The notes below the pieces were generated by a model. That model did not search any database. It saw only the letters and a list, made by a program, of their open reading frames with translations, and had not been told where the DNA came from. From positions 1-64,000 of the IMG/VR virus record IMGVR_UViG_3300013104_000002: a stretch of 64,000 bases of DNA; one strand, written 5' to 3'. Numbering within the stretch: the first letter of the stretch is position 1; every line of letters begins with the position of its first letter. Made by a program: the position numbers and the translations under genes. Source of the stretch: a virus. Positions 1 to 9,417 of this stretch are shown here, piece after piece.

Positions 1-1
1 T

Positions 2-235
2 ATGGAATTTAAAGGAACAAAAGATTTATCATACTTTAAAACAAATGCAGAAGAAGACTATATGTATACACCAATATCTGTTTTAAGGTATATATCAGAG
101 CTTGAAAAACAAGAATCAACTGAAATGTTAGAAGCCTTAAAATATTTTGTAAACAGGGTTGAAGAAGGTTCTATAAGAAGTTACACTACTTATAATAAGT
201 ATAAAAAACTAATTGAGAAAATAGAAAATCAGTGA
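2..235 (+). CDS. hypothetical phage protein
   Basis: 77 aa ORF in tightly packed + strand array. Confidence 0.6.
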   Translation: MEFKGTKDLSYFKTNAEEDYMYTPISVLRYISELEKQESTEMLEALKYFVNRVEEGSIRSYTTYNKYKKLIEKIENQ

Positions 236-489
236 CTCGATTTAAACGTAAAAACAGAACAGATATAGAGTTTAAAGGTTGCGGTGGGATAACAGATGCT
301 TTAGATGATATGTTAAAAGATTTGTGGAGAATAAACGATGAGGAGTTAGATTACTTAATAGAAAACCTGTCTGATGATGAACTTAATATTATTCTTCCTG
401 CATTTAAAGATATTAGTCAAATAAAATCCGCGATTAAAATTGTTAACGATAAATTAGAAGAGTATGAAACACCAAATAACACTTTGTAG
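232..489 (+). CDS. hypothetical phage protein
   Basis: 85 aa ORF, GTGA overlap with upstream stop. Confidence 0.6.
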   Translation: MTRFKRKNRTDIEFKGCGGITDALDDMLKDLWRINDEELDYLIENLSDDELNIILPAFKDISQIKSAIKIVNDKLEEYETPNNTL

Positions 490-727
490 ATTTTTAAGTA
501 GTTCTGCTTCCCCTCAAAAGTTCATTCCTATGGAAAATAATAAATTATGGGGCACTTATTCTTTGGAAAATGAAACTTGGGAGAATAAGGAAATTTTCGC
601 AGTAAAAAGAGAAGACGGAAAGGAATTTAGAATAGGTGATCAAGACATTTACAGATTCAGAATTTTAGGAGAAACAATAACAGCAGATAAATCTAATGGA
701 GAGTCTGTTTTAATAGAAAATTTATGA
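464..727 (+). CDS. hypothetical phage protein
   Basis: 87 aa ORF; start uncertain; ATGA overlap with next gene. Confidence 0.55.
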   Translation: MKHQITLCRFLSSSASPQKFIPMENNKLWGTYSLENETWENKEIFAVKREDGKEFRIGDQDIYRFRILGETITADKSNGESVLIENL

Positions 728-1086
728 TACTAGAAGAATTTATAGAAAAGTGGTTTCCTAAAACTGATGAATGGAGAAACGTAGCTAAGTTTATATTAGA
801 ATCTGGAGTTGAAATAACAACAGAACAAAATAAAAAATGGCTACCTGGATATACTAATATCTCTCAATCTTCCAAACCACATCATACAGATGAATTTACA
901 CGTTATATGGAAGAACAATTGTTTATGCTCCATGACACAATACATCAAATATTTACTATTACGGTAAATTGTAGTGAAGAAGAGTATATTAAACGTCAAA
1001 TTTATGGAGAACTATTCGTGTTCTATTTAACAGAGTATGTTATACCTAAAGTTGGGGATGGGGTTCAAAAGAGTATCAATATGTAG
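724..1086 (+). CDS. hypothetical protein with HDxxH...E motif; probable 5' part of a frameshifted gene
   Basis: HDTIHQ...YGE; frame of next ORF is open from 1050. Confidence 0.55.
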   Translation: MILEEFIEKWFPKTDEWRNVAKFILESGVEITTEQNKKWLPGYTNISQSSKPHHTDEFTRYMEEQLFMLHDTIHQIFTITVNCSEEEYIKRQIYGELFVFYLTEYVIPKVGDGVQKSINM

Positions 1087-1103
1087 AAAGTAAGCGAGAT
1101 GCT

Positions 1104-1439
1104 ATGGACTTACTAAATATTATTTTAATTGAACAACCTAGATACTCTTATAATATTATAGATTGGATGTGGAGAGTTTTTATAGAAGATGTCGAATTAA
1201 AATATATGGATAGATTAGGGGAAATACACTTAGAAAAATATAGAAAAATGTTTAAAGAAGACTTGGAAAACTCTAGAAAAAATTATAAATTTGTCCAAGA
1301 TTTAGTCATTGACAGAGATTGCTGTATTATTGGTAAAACTTCTCAAAATCATATTGACTTTTTCGAAGCTGTTATGAAAGGCGCGATAAAAAACATAAAG
1401 AGAGATTTTAATTTAGAACTACCAGATAGCTGGAATTAA
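1104..1439 (+). CDS. hypothetical protein; probable 3' part of frameshifted gene 724-1439
   Basis: frame open from 1050 (SWGWGSKEYQYVESKRDA-M). Confidence 0.55.
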   Translation: MDLLNIILIEQPRYSYNIIDWMWRVFIEDVELKYMDRLGEIHLEKYRKMFKEDLENSRKNYKFVQDLVIDRDCCIIGKTSQNHIDFFEAVMKGAIKNIKRDFNLELPDSWN

Positions 1440-1441
1440 TT

Positions 1442-1660
1442 ATGAAACAGATTATGTTAAGACGATTAGAATTACTACAAAATAATATTTGGACAAAAGA
1501 AGAAACTCTAGAAAATATTATGGAATTAATAGAAGACTATTCAAAACAATTTATTATATTTGCAGACAGTAATCCAGAAATAGAAGTTCTTGATGAATTA
1601 TATACTAAGTTTGAAAATTTTTATAGTCAAAATACAGATATAAATGGTAATAGATTATGA
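1442..1660 (+). CDS. hypothetical phage protein
   Basis: 72 aa ORF in array. Confidence 0.55.
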   Translation: MKQIMLRRLELLQNNIWTKEETLENIMELIEDYSKQFIIFADSNPEIEVLDELYTKFENFYSQNTDINGNRL

Positions 1661-1783
1661 AAGAATGTCAACTATATGAAGAAGGTTTTTGTAGTTGTTA
1701 TCAAATGATGTGTGAAGATATACAAGATTGCGCGCCAAAAATAATAACAAAAAGAAACTTAGAAACAGTTAAAAATATTATAG

Positions 1784-2236
1784 ATGGAAAATAAAATAAT
1801 AGAATTTATAAGAGAGTTTAATAGTAATTTAGAAAACAGTAATGGTAGGGTTCTATTAGCTCACGAAGATTATGGTTTTCAAGAAGGGATAGTAGTTCCT
1901 AGCTTATATTTATGGGATGATCAGAATTGTAATATAGAAAACTTTAAGACAGTTTCTTTATCTAACTTACTAAAACAAATAAGCGAATTAGAAGAAGTTG
2001 CTAATAATATGCTTGTAGAGGAAATAGATAAGTTTTTCGAGGAGATAAAAAATAAAATAGATGAAAAATTCACTTATGCAAGATTAAAATACGAAAGAAT
2101 AGCCAAACTAAGGTGGAGACTTATAATCTCAGGAACATATAATGAAGATATTATGGATGATTTTATAGAAGTTGTGGCAGAGGATTTTAAATGGAAGTTT
2201 GATGGTTTAATTTTGGATTATGAGTTAAGTAATTAA
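1784..2236 (+). CDS. hypothetical phage protein
   Basis: 150 aa acidic ORF. Confidence 0.65.
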   Translation: MENKIIEFIREFNSNLENSNGRVLLAHEDYGFQEGIVVPSLYLWDDQNCNIENFKTVSLSNLLKQISELEEVANNMLVEEIDKFFEEIKNKIDEKFTYARLKYERIAKLRWRLIISGTYNEDIMDDFIEVVAEDFKWKFDGLILDYELSN

Positions 2237-2238
2237 TT

Positions 2239-2421
2239 ATGAAACAAACAATTTTAAATACCATAGAGGATTTAGTTTCTAATTTTGTCTATTATGACCG
2301 AAAAGAAGATGAAGATTTGTCCCAGGAAGATTTAGAACAAGCTGTAAAAACAGGAGTAATTACAGTAGATGAGATTATAGAAAAATTCGCGGAAAAAATT
2401 AAGAATAGCTTAGGAAGATGA
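2239..2421 (+). CDS. hypothetical phage protein
   Basis: 60 aa ORF, YYDRKEDEDL motif. Confidence 0.6.
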   Translation: MKQTILNTIEDLVSNFVYYDRKEDEDLSQEDLEQAVKTGVITVDEIIEKFAEKIKNSLGR

Positions 2422-2551
2422 AAGAATGGTGGAATAACTTAGATATGAACGACAAATATTTGATTCACCTTTATTCTGGAATGTTTGGAAGCGTGGAACA
2501 AAGAATAGAACAACTATATATAATTAGAAACAGTTTTAATTTTAAGAAGAA

Positions 2552-2776
2552 ATGAATTGGATATACACAAAAGATCGTTTACCTCGCGTATGGGTAAGAG
2601 GAAATTGGGATGGATTAAAAAGTGATGAAATATTAGTAGAAGATAGAAACGGTAAAAGATATATTGCTACTCTATATTCAGGCTTTATTGATGGCGATGA
2701 TTTCAATGATTGGTATAACAACAATGATTACGAAATTACAGAAGATATTGTTAGATGGATAGAAATACCTTATTAA
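2552..2776 (+). CDS. DUF551-like small phage protein
   Basis: MNWI..KDRLP ... IVRWIEIP pattern. Confidence 0.6.
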   Translation: MNWIYTKDRLPRVWVRGNWDGLKSDEILVEDRNGKRYIATLYSGFIDGDDFNDWYNNNDYEITEDIVRWIEIPY

Positions 2777-2777
2777 A

Positions 2778-3155
2778 ATGAGTAATATATTTCCGCAAAA
2801 AGAGTTAGAACAGCAATTAAATTATGTAACATCTATAGACCCTTATAGTGAAAATCAATTCTCTATTTCTGTGGCTGTTTGTGATGGTAAAATTTTAGAG
2901 TATTCTGCCCGCGACCAAGAACTATTTGATCAAGAAGTTGAAAGAATGAGTCAATATTATAACTGTGAAATTGTAGAGGAAAAAGAACGTGTTTACGAAA
3001 ACGGTGGAAAAATAAATATAAGTAAAGAGTTTAAAGAAAGAGTGTTAGAGTATGCAAAAGAATACTTTAGTACAGGCAATTGTCAAAGAGAGTTAGAATT
3101 ATTTACTAACTGGGATTTGATCAATGAGATGAAGAATTACACCACAAAAAAATAA
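2778..3155 (+). CDS. hypothetical phage protein
   Basis: 125 aa ORF in array. Confidence 0.6.
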   Translation: MSNIFPQKELEQQLNYVTSIDPYSENQFSISVAVCDGKILEYSARDQELFDQEVERMSQYYNCEIVEEKERVYENGGKINISKEFKERVLEYAKEYFSTGNCQRELELFTNWDLINEMKNYTTKK

Positions 3156-3532
3156 GAAATATGAAAATATACGGCAGCACTCAATATTTCGACAGAGATA
3201 AAGAAACAGAAACTTACTATCAACTAAGTGTAATAAGTAAATGGGATTATTGTGGAATAGCGTCTCAAAAAGATATTATTAAATTGGAGTTGTTGGAGAA
3301 ATTAATTTCGGGCGAAAAGAGTTAAAAACAGAGTAAAAAATATGAAAAATAAATACAGTTTCTTAGTTAGATTATTTATAGGTTTACCAATACTATTTAT
3401 AACATTTATATTTTGGTGTATAATCTTTTTATGTTCTGACAGAGATTTAGGAAAAGTTTTGAAAGAGACAGGAGACAATTTATTGAAGGAGTAAAAGAAA
3501 AATTTAAGGAGGTATGATAAACGAATAAACTT

Positions 3533-5548
3533 ATGGATCTAAATAAAGTACTTATTGGAGATATTGAAACAAAGGGTTTTCTTGAAGACATTCAAGGTTT
3601 AGAAACCGATTTACATGTTTTAGGAATTGCTTTCACCAATGAAGATGAAAAATGGGTTGTAAAAACAACTAATAAAAAAGAAGATGTAAAAAAAGTATTT
3701 GAAAATCCAAATAATACGATTGTAGGGCATAATTTTTTTATGTTTGATATACCATCTTTAGAAAAAATATTTAAAGATATTAATATGCAAGCTACAATTA
3801 TAGATTCCTTATTAGTTGCATGGTATATTGAACCTAATAGAATAAAAGAAGGTAGAAAGTATGGATTAGGAGATTATGGAGAGGAGTTTGGTGTTGAGAA
3901 GCCTGAAATAGAATCCTGGACAGATTTGACTTATGAAGAATATGTTAACAGGGTTACCGAAGACTGTAAAATAAATACAAATACTTGGATTAAACACTTA
4001 AAAATGTTAAGGGATTTATATGAGAATGATGATGAACGTATTAAATCTTTATTAAGATTTTTGATGACCAAAGGAAAGGTGTATAAAATGCACCAAGATA
4101 ATCCCTTAACACTAGATATAGAACAATGTGAAAAGAATCTCATGCTTTTTGATGAGATGATTAAAGAAAGGGTGGATAAACTTAAAGAAGTTATGCCTAA
4201 AATACCTAACCAAGTTGCAAGGACAAAACCCAAAACTTTATATAAAAAAGACGGCTCTTTGAGCGTTGCTGGAGAAAAATGGATGAATCTTGTAAAAGGT
4301 TGTAAATTATCCGAAGATTATGATGGAGTAATCAATGAAATAATAAGTTATGAAGAACCTAATCCTCAAAGTCCTTCTCAAGTTAAGGATTGGTTATTCA
4401 GTTTGGGTTGGATTCCTGAAATATACAATGAAACTAAAAATAAAAAAGGTGATACAAATAGAGTTCCACAATTAAAAGATAAGGAAAAAAATCTATGTAA
4501 TTCAATTATCAAACTTGCGGATGATATACCAGAGATTAGAGAATTAACTGATTTAAGCTTATTACAACACCGTAGAGGCTACTTCGTTGGTTTCTTAAGA
4601 GATAGGATACGAGAAGATAAAATAGTGGCTAATATTGCAGGTTTTACCAATACACTAAGAATTAGACATAAAACTTTAGTTAATCTAATTAAACCTTCTG
4701 CCCCCTATGGAGAATACGTAAGAAGTTTATTAAAACCTCCTGTGGGGTTCAAAATGATAGGAAGTGATATTGGTGCTCTGGAAAGTGTCACAAGAAACAA
4801 TTTTGTTTATGATATAGATAGAAAATTTGTAGAAGATCAATCACATCCATTTTATGATCCACATCTTGAAATTTGTGAAATTGCAGGGATGATGAGACCC
4901 TCAGAAGTGTTTTTTTATAAATGGTGGAAAGAAAAAAGAAAAAATCCTAATATAACTTTTGAAGAAATAGGAGAAATACCAAATGATTTTAATTTTATTT
5001 TAGATACTTACCTTACTGATGAAGAAAAAAATGAGTTTCATGATAAATTAGATAAAAAAAGACATTCAGGGAAGAGTACAAATTATAGTAGCATGTATGG
5101 CATTGGAAAGGTAAAACTTGGTAAAGATTTAAAAATTACTACAAAAGAGGCAGAAAAACTTATTGATGCCTATTGGATAAAAAATAAATGTGTACGTATA
5201 TTTAGTGAATCTTGTGAGACAAAAACTGTAAACGGTCAGTTGTGGGTGAAAAATCCTTTAAATAATTATTTTTATTCCTTACGTGGGGAGAAAGACATCT
5301 TCTCTACTATAAACCAAGGGACTGGTGATTACATATTTACTTTGTGGCAACACAATTTAATGAAAATGGGTGTAAGACTTTTCGGAGGTTTTCATGATGA
5401 AATTATAACTTGCTGTAAACCAGAGGATTGTGAAGAAACTGTTGGTAAATTAAAAAAAGCTATGGAACTAGTTAATAAACAACTGAATTTAAAGGTTGCT
5501 ATTGGGGTTGATTATAAGATAGGAGACTCATACGCTGATGTTCATTGA
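3533..5548 (+). CDS. polA: family A (T7-like) DNA polymerase with 3'-5' exonuclease domain
   Basis: Exo motifs GDIET, GHNFFMFD, YVNRVTED; polymerase motif A GSDIGALE, motif B RHSGKSTNYSSMYG, motif C FHDEI. Confidence 0.95.
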   Translation: MDLNKVLIGDIETKGFLEDIQGLETDLHVLGIAFTNEDEKWVVKTTNKKEDVKKVFENPNNTIVGHNFFMFDIPSLEKIFKDINMQATIIDSLLVAWYIEPNRIKEGRKYGLGDYGEEFGVEKPEIESWTDLTYEEYVNRVTEDCKINTNTWIKHLKMLRDLYENDDERIKSLLRFLMTKGKVYKMHQDNPLTLDIEQCEKNLMLFDEMIKERVDKLKEVMPKIPNQVARTKPKTLYKKDGSLSVAGEKWMNLVKGCKLSEDYDGVINEIISYEEPNPQSPSQVKDWLFSLGWIPEIYNETKNKKGDTNRVPQLKDKEKNLCNSIIKLADDIPEIRELTDLSLLQHRRGYFVGFLRDRIREDKIVANIAGFTNTLRIRHKTLVNLIKPSAPYGEYVRSLLKPPVGFKMIGSDIGALESVTRNNFVYDIDRKFVEDQSHPFYDPHLEICEIAGMMRPSEVFFYKWWKEKRKNPNITFEEIGEIPNDFNFILDTYLTDEEKNEFHDKLDKKRHSGKSTNYSSMYGIGKVKLGKDLKITTKEAEKLIDAYWIKNKCVRIFSESCETKTVNGQLWVKNPLNNYFYSLRGEKDIFSTINQGTGDYIFTLWQHNLMKMGVRLFGGFHDEIITCCKPEDCEETVGKLKKAMELVNKQLNLKVAIGVDYKIGDSYADVH

Positions 5549-5570
5549 TGATTACAATTAGTTTAATAAA

Positions 5571-5602
5571 TTTGGTTTGTATTAAATAAATAACTATATT
5601 TG
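5571..5602 (+). promoter_or_regulatory. Bacteroidota primary-sigma promoter
   Basis: TTTG (5571-5574), 20 nt spacer, TATATTTG (5595-5602), intergenic. Confidence 0.75.
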
Positions 5603-5609
5603 CTACTTT

Positions 5610-5728
5610 AAATTTCTTGGCGGAGATTTTTAGAAAACATATATAATTGAAACACACATAAATAAAGAGATGCCTGTATGATGCTACCGCTATAGCTGAC
5701 TACAGGTTTTCTCGCTTATATGCGCCAA
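5610..5728 (+). ncRNA. putative structured leader RNA (two hairpins with complementary loops)
   Basis: AAATTTC-TTGGCG-GAGATTT; CCTGTA...GCTA-CCGCTA-TAGC...TACAGG; CGCCAA just before ATG 5729. Confidence 0.45.
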
Positions 5729-5799
5729 ATGGAAAATAGTAAGTGGGTTAAATTAGTCACAAAAGAAGAAATAATAGAAAATTTAAAACAATTATAAAA

Positions 5800-6036
5800 A
5801 TGAAAACAAAAGAAAATTATACAAGACAAGAAGCGGGCTTTTTGAGTTTAGTTTCGGTAGCATTAAAAGAGACTCCACATACATTTCAAGGCAACTGTGC
5901 TTATTACTCTATAGTTAACATAGATTTTGAGAAAAAAGAGCTTGTTTATGATATTCAAATTGATGACCATTTGCTATATTATACGTTAGTAGGTATTGCT
6001 TTTGCTCATAAATATACTTTTATAGAAAATTTTTAG
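5800..6036 (+). CDS. hypothetical phage protein
   Basis: 78 aa ORF with A-rich leader. Confidence 0.6.
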   Translation: MKTKENYTRQEAGFLSLVSVALKETPHTFQGNCAYYSIVNIDFEKKELVYDIQIDDHLLYYTLVGIAFAHKYTFIENF

Positions 6037-6046
6037 TGTTTTTTAT

Positions 6047-6077
6047 TTTGCAGTTTAAATAATATGTTGTAGGTTTG
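6047..6077 (+). promoter_or_regulatory. Bacteroidota primary-sigma promoter
   Basis: TTTG (6047-6050), 19 nt spacer, TAGGTTTG (6070-6077). Confidence 0.7.
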
Positions 6078-6140
6078 TGGTGTGGAAGACGGTTGTTCTT
6101 TGTTTTCAATCTTTTTTCGCGGAAATTTAAAAATAAGATT

Positions 6141-6566
6141 ATGACAAAATCAGAAGCAATACAAAAAGCCTATGAAAAGCTAGGAATGGATTGGGATCAA
6201 ATTAAAAACTTAGTAACAGAAGGTGGTATTTTGGTATTACCCACCCCAGATTATAAATATTCACTCACTGGATATGAAAATTTAATACTAGACAAAGATC
6301 ATTTTGTTTCATTTGGAACTAATGGGTTAAAATTAATGCCTTCTTCTTTATATGGATTATATAGTAATAGGGGCTGGCTCAAGGTAGAATCCGAAGAAGA
6401 CTTCCCAACAGATGAGAATGTAATGTATAGAATAGGGATGTTTTTGAATGATGGAAGATTTCATCAAGATAAGAATTTAAGTACATTAAAAACAACTTTA
6501 GAAGGTCTCTCATGGAATTACACTCATTATATGCCTGTTCCACTTCCAGAAGACGCAATTTATTAA
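6141..6566 (+). CDS. hypothetical phage protein
   Basis: start moved to MTKSEA (ATG 6141), because the track start overlaps the promoter. Confidence 0.65.
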   Translation: MTKSEAIQKAYEKLGMDWDQIKNLVTEGGILVLPTPDYKYSLTGYENLILDKDHFVSFGTNGLKLMPSSLYGLYSNRGWLKVESEEDFPTDENVMYRIGMFLNDGRFHQDKNLSTLKTTLEGLSWNYTHYMPVPLPEDAIY

Positions 6567-6576
6567 TTTCAAACTA

Positions 6577-6638
6577 GGAGGAAGGGTATAATTGAGGGTT
6601 GGTTTCTTGCGCAGGTTCGATTCCTGCTTTCTCCACTA
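6577..6638 (+). ncRNA. tRNA-like element (acceptor stem + T arm; no canonical D/anticodon arms)
   Basis: GGAGGAA/TTTCTCC 7-bp stem, GCAGG-TTCGATT-CCTGC T arm, discriminator A then CTA; only 27 nt between the arms. Confidence 0.65.
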
Positions 6639-6791
6639 AAAATAACGAATTATGAAACACCTAATACAACAAAGAATAAATCATTATAAGAATTGTCGCC
6701 AGGAATGTGAAGATTGGAGTAATCAGCAAACGGTATTTACAATTAAGATATTAGAATTAGAGTGGGTATTAAATTTAATGGAACAAAAATT

Positions 6792-6980
6792 ATGAAACTA
6801 GACTTAGATAATTTTACTTTTTTAGATGGAAGAGCGTTTGAAAAATTTAAAAACGAGTATGACGAACATTTCCGTCAAAGTTATTATAATGGAGCAACAA
6901 GAGATGAACATATGGATAATGACTTAGAGTATTTAAAAGTTGCTTTTGAGTTTTTCTTTTCGCGCGGATATATAAAATAA
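6792..6980 (+). CDS. hypothetical phage protein
   Basis: start at MKLDLD preferred. Confidence 0.55.
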   Translation: MKLDLDNFTFLDGRAFEKFKNEYDEHFRQSYYNGATRDEHMDNDLEYLKVAFEFFFSRGYIK

Positions 6981-6985
6981 AAGAT

Positions 6986-7207
6986 ATGAATAATATAGCA
7001 ATTTACTCAAATGATGACGAAGATTCAAAACTTTTATTATGTACTCTTTTAGAAAAAGGTTATCAATTAGATGAAGATATTTCTTATAAAGATTTTACAT
7101 ATAGAGTTTATATTCCAGATTTAAATATATTTGTATCTCATTTATGTTTAGAGATGCATTACCCTAAGTACGAGCAAAATTTAATTTATGTAACCGATTA
7201 TTTATGA
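6986..7207 (+). CDS. hypothetical phage protein
   Basis: 73 aa ORF. Confidence 0.55.
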   Translation: MNNIAIYSNDDEDSKLLLCTLLEKGYQLDEDISYKDFTYRVYIPDLNIFVSHLCLEMHYPKYEQNLIYVTDYL

Positions 7208-7515
7208 AATACATAGAAAGTTATTGGGCAGAAGAATTACCAAACGGAGTTATACATTTGTTAATTAATTGTCGTCAAAGAGAGATTTATTTTCATGCTT
7301 TTGCTGACGATTGGTTTTTAGTTTGTGGCACAGAAGAAGAATATGATAATATGGAAAAAGATTGTACCCTTAGAACAGAACAGTTTATTCCCAATAATAA
7401 AGATGTGATTTATATTAGAAGTTATATGAAGGAGAAAGATCAGTTGAGTTTCTTCTGGATTCCTTTTGAGCGCGGGAAAAGAAGTAAAAACATAATTTTA
7501 CAAAGTAAAAAATAA
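7204..7515 (+). CDS. hypothetical phage protein
   Basis: 103 aa ORF, ATGA overlap. Confidence 0.6.
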   Translation: MKYIESYWAEELPNGVIHLLINCRQREIYFHAFADDWFLVCGTEEEYDNMEKDCTLRTEQFIPNNKDVIYIRSYMKEKDQLSFFWIPFERGKRSKNIILQSKK

Positions 7516-7665
7516 TAAGATGTTGATTATGAACACTAACGAAATCATAACAGAATTAGAAGATTTCAGAATTTGGCAAGAAGAAAAACCACAATACGAT
7601 TTATATCCTCAATCTGATAGATTAAAAATAGCTTTAGAATTAGCAATTAAAAAACTAGAAATTCA

Positions 7666-8040
7666 ATGCAATTAATAGACTACATAGACTTCCACTCAAT
7701 ATTTGAAAAAATCAAAAAAGACCAACTTGAAATGTATCCAACAGCACAGGATTATATTAAAGAGTTAGAATACTATGAGGAAAATTTTGATTATGTTGAA
7801 GAAATGTATAAAGCTTTAACTACAGATTTAATTCCAGGAGATGCTGAAGCTAACAATTCTCAAACTTCTTGTGACGCAGACACTATTTGGTTATTAGAAA
7901 ACAGATTAGAGTTGGTATGGACTATAGGAGGTAATAACGCTACAGAAAATGGCGACGATTATTGGGGATATGGGTGGCGATTTACAATAGATTTAGATAA
8001 CGAGTTATTTGTAGGATACTCAGAAGAAAATTATAGTTAG
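7666..8040 (+). CDS. hypothetical acidic phage protein
   Basis: 124 aa ORF. Confidence 0.6.
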   Translation: MQLIDYIDFHSIFEKIKKDQLEMYPTAQDYIKELEYYEENFDYVEEMYKALTTDLIPGDAEANNSQTSCDADTIWLLENRLELVWTIGGNNATENGDDYWGYGWRFTIDLDNELFVGYSEENYS

Positions 8041-8041
8041 T

Positions 8042-8263
8042 ATGACAACACAATTCATAACAGACACAGATCTAGAAACCAACGTATTTTATTGGTTAGA
8101 TCACTATACAAGTCACGGAGAAAATCATTATAGTGATACTTCGGAGGAAAGAATAGTAGAAATATATTATGATAAAATTGTAGACAGAGTATTAGAAGAT
8201 TTACCTGAACTACAAGACGATGAAATTGAGGATTTAACTGAGAGGATTAATAAGATAATATGA
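8042..8263 (+). CDS. hypothetical phage protein
   Basis: 73 aa ORF. Confidence 0.55.
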   Translation: MTTQFITDTDLETNVFYWLDHYTSHGENHYSDTSEERIVEIYYDKIVDRVLEDLPELQDDEIEDLTERINKII

Positions 8264-8393
8264 AAACAATTATTATAATAACCGTCCTTTTCTTTTTATG
8301 GCGACAGTATAAACCAGTGATAGAATACATTCCAGAAAGTAAAATATGGGTGTTATATTATAATGGAAAACAAACAAGAAAAATGTTTATATT

Positions 8394-8795
8394 ATGGCAG
8401 AACTAAAAGAACCGAGATTACTATATAACTGTATTCTCACACCAGACGGGACAGCTTTAGTATCCAGGCACAGACATGATTATGTAAGTTATGTTGATGA
8501 TAACAAAGAGACTTACGTAAATGACGGAGGGCTGGATTATTTAAGAAGATCTGTAAATAAAGAGCCTTATATTGATATGTCTATTTATGATACTGATGAT
8601 TTTGAGACAATTCGTTTTTATTTTGAACGCTGTGGATATGGGAAGAATGGAGATGAGCCTTTACATTATACTAAGTTAAAGGACATGTCAGACGACCATA
8701 TTCAAGCTGTTATAGATTATGAGACTGAGCGTGGAGGAAAGTTTATTGAAATTTATAAAAAGGAGCAGAAATACCGTAAAAAGAAAGGATTATGA
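8394..8795 (+). CDS. conserved phage protein of unknown function (SRHRHD...DGG motif)
   Basis: SRHRHDY and VNDGGLDYLRR motifs of a widespread small phage family. Confidence 0.7.
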   Translation: MAELKEPRLLYNCILTPDGTALVSRHRHDYVSYVDDNKETYVNDGGLDYLRRSVNKEPYIDMSIYDTDDFETIRFYFERCGYGKNGDEPLHYTKLKDMSDDHIQAVIDYETERGGKFIEIYKKEQKYRKKKGL

Positions 8796-9034
8796 CACCA
8801 ATACAGGAATTACTTAAGCAATTAAATGAAGTTAAATCTGAAAATTCTTTTATTAATACTACAATAAATTTAGTTATAGATTTGGTGGAAGAAAAAATAA
8901 AAAAAGAAAAACTGATAATAAACAAAGCTCATGCAGATGGAGTTATGTGGGGATTACAGGCTGTTACAGGAAATAAAGTAAGTGAAACAAATTATTATGA
9001 AGAAAAATATGGAATTAATCGAGATAGTAAATAA
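8792..9034 (+). CDS. hypothetical phage protein
   Basis: 80 aa ORF, ATGA overlap. Confidence 0.55.
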   Translation: MTPIQELLKQLNEVKSENSFINTTINLVIDLVEEKIKKEKLIINKAHADGVMWGLQAVTGNKVSETNYYEEKYGINRDSK

Positions 9035-9248
9035 GTTAGTCGGTAGAATAGATCCTGCTGGAGATGCGAGCAGAGATGATCAATATTTTGAAAATCTAGT
9101 TGTAATGTGCGATTTAGTAAATGAATTAGTCACACAAATTGATAATGTAAGTTATAGAAATAAAGATGCATATGAAGCTTCTGTTGTAAAAGCTAAAGAT
9201 TATGCGTTTAATTTTTTAACTAAAGATTTAGGAATATATAATGAATAG
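9009..9248 (+). CDS. hypothetical phage protein
   Basis: start at MELIEIV preferred. Confidence 0.6.
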   Translation: MELIEIVNKLVGRIDPAGDASRDDQYFENLVVMCDLVNELVTQIDNVSYRNKDAYEASVVKAKDYAFNFLTKDLGIYNE

Positions 9249-9417
9249 TCCATTTGAACTGTATTTACTTATTTTAGGTGAGCGTTCAGTTGATTACAGT
9301 TACACACCAGAAATAATTTATGAACATCTGGATTATTTTAGAAATTGTTGGGAGAATAACTTATCGTGCTATAAAGCACTTGAATTTTTTAGTTTTCAAT
9401 TATATAAAGATGAATAG
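9241..9417 (+). CDS. hypothetical 58 aa protein (not in ORF track)
   Basis: MNSPFELYLLILGERS...YKDE*; fills the gap and overlaps the next ATG. Confidence 0.5.
   Translation: MNSPFELYLLILGERSVDYSYTPEIIYEHLDYFRNCWENNLSCYKALEFFSFQLYKDE

Noticed and set aside
6577-6638. Functional decoding tRNA
   Set aside because: No convincing D arm or anticodon stem-loop; kept only as a tRNA-like element.
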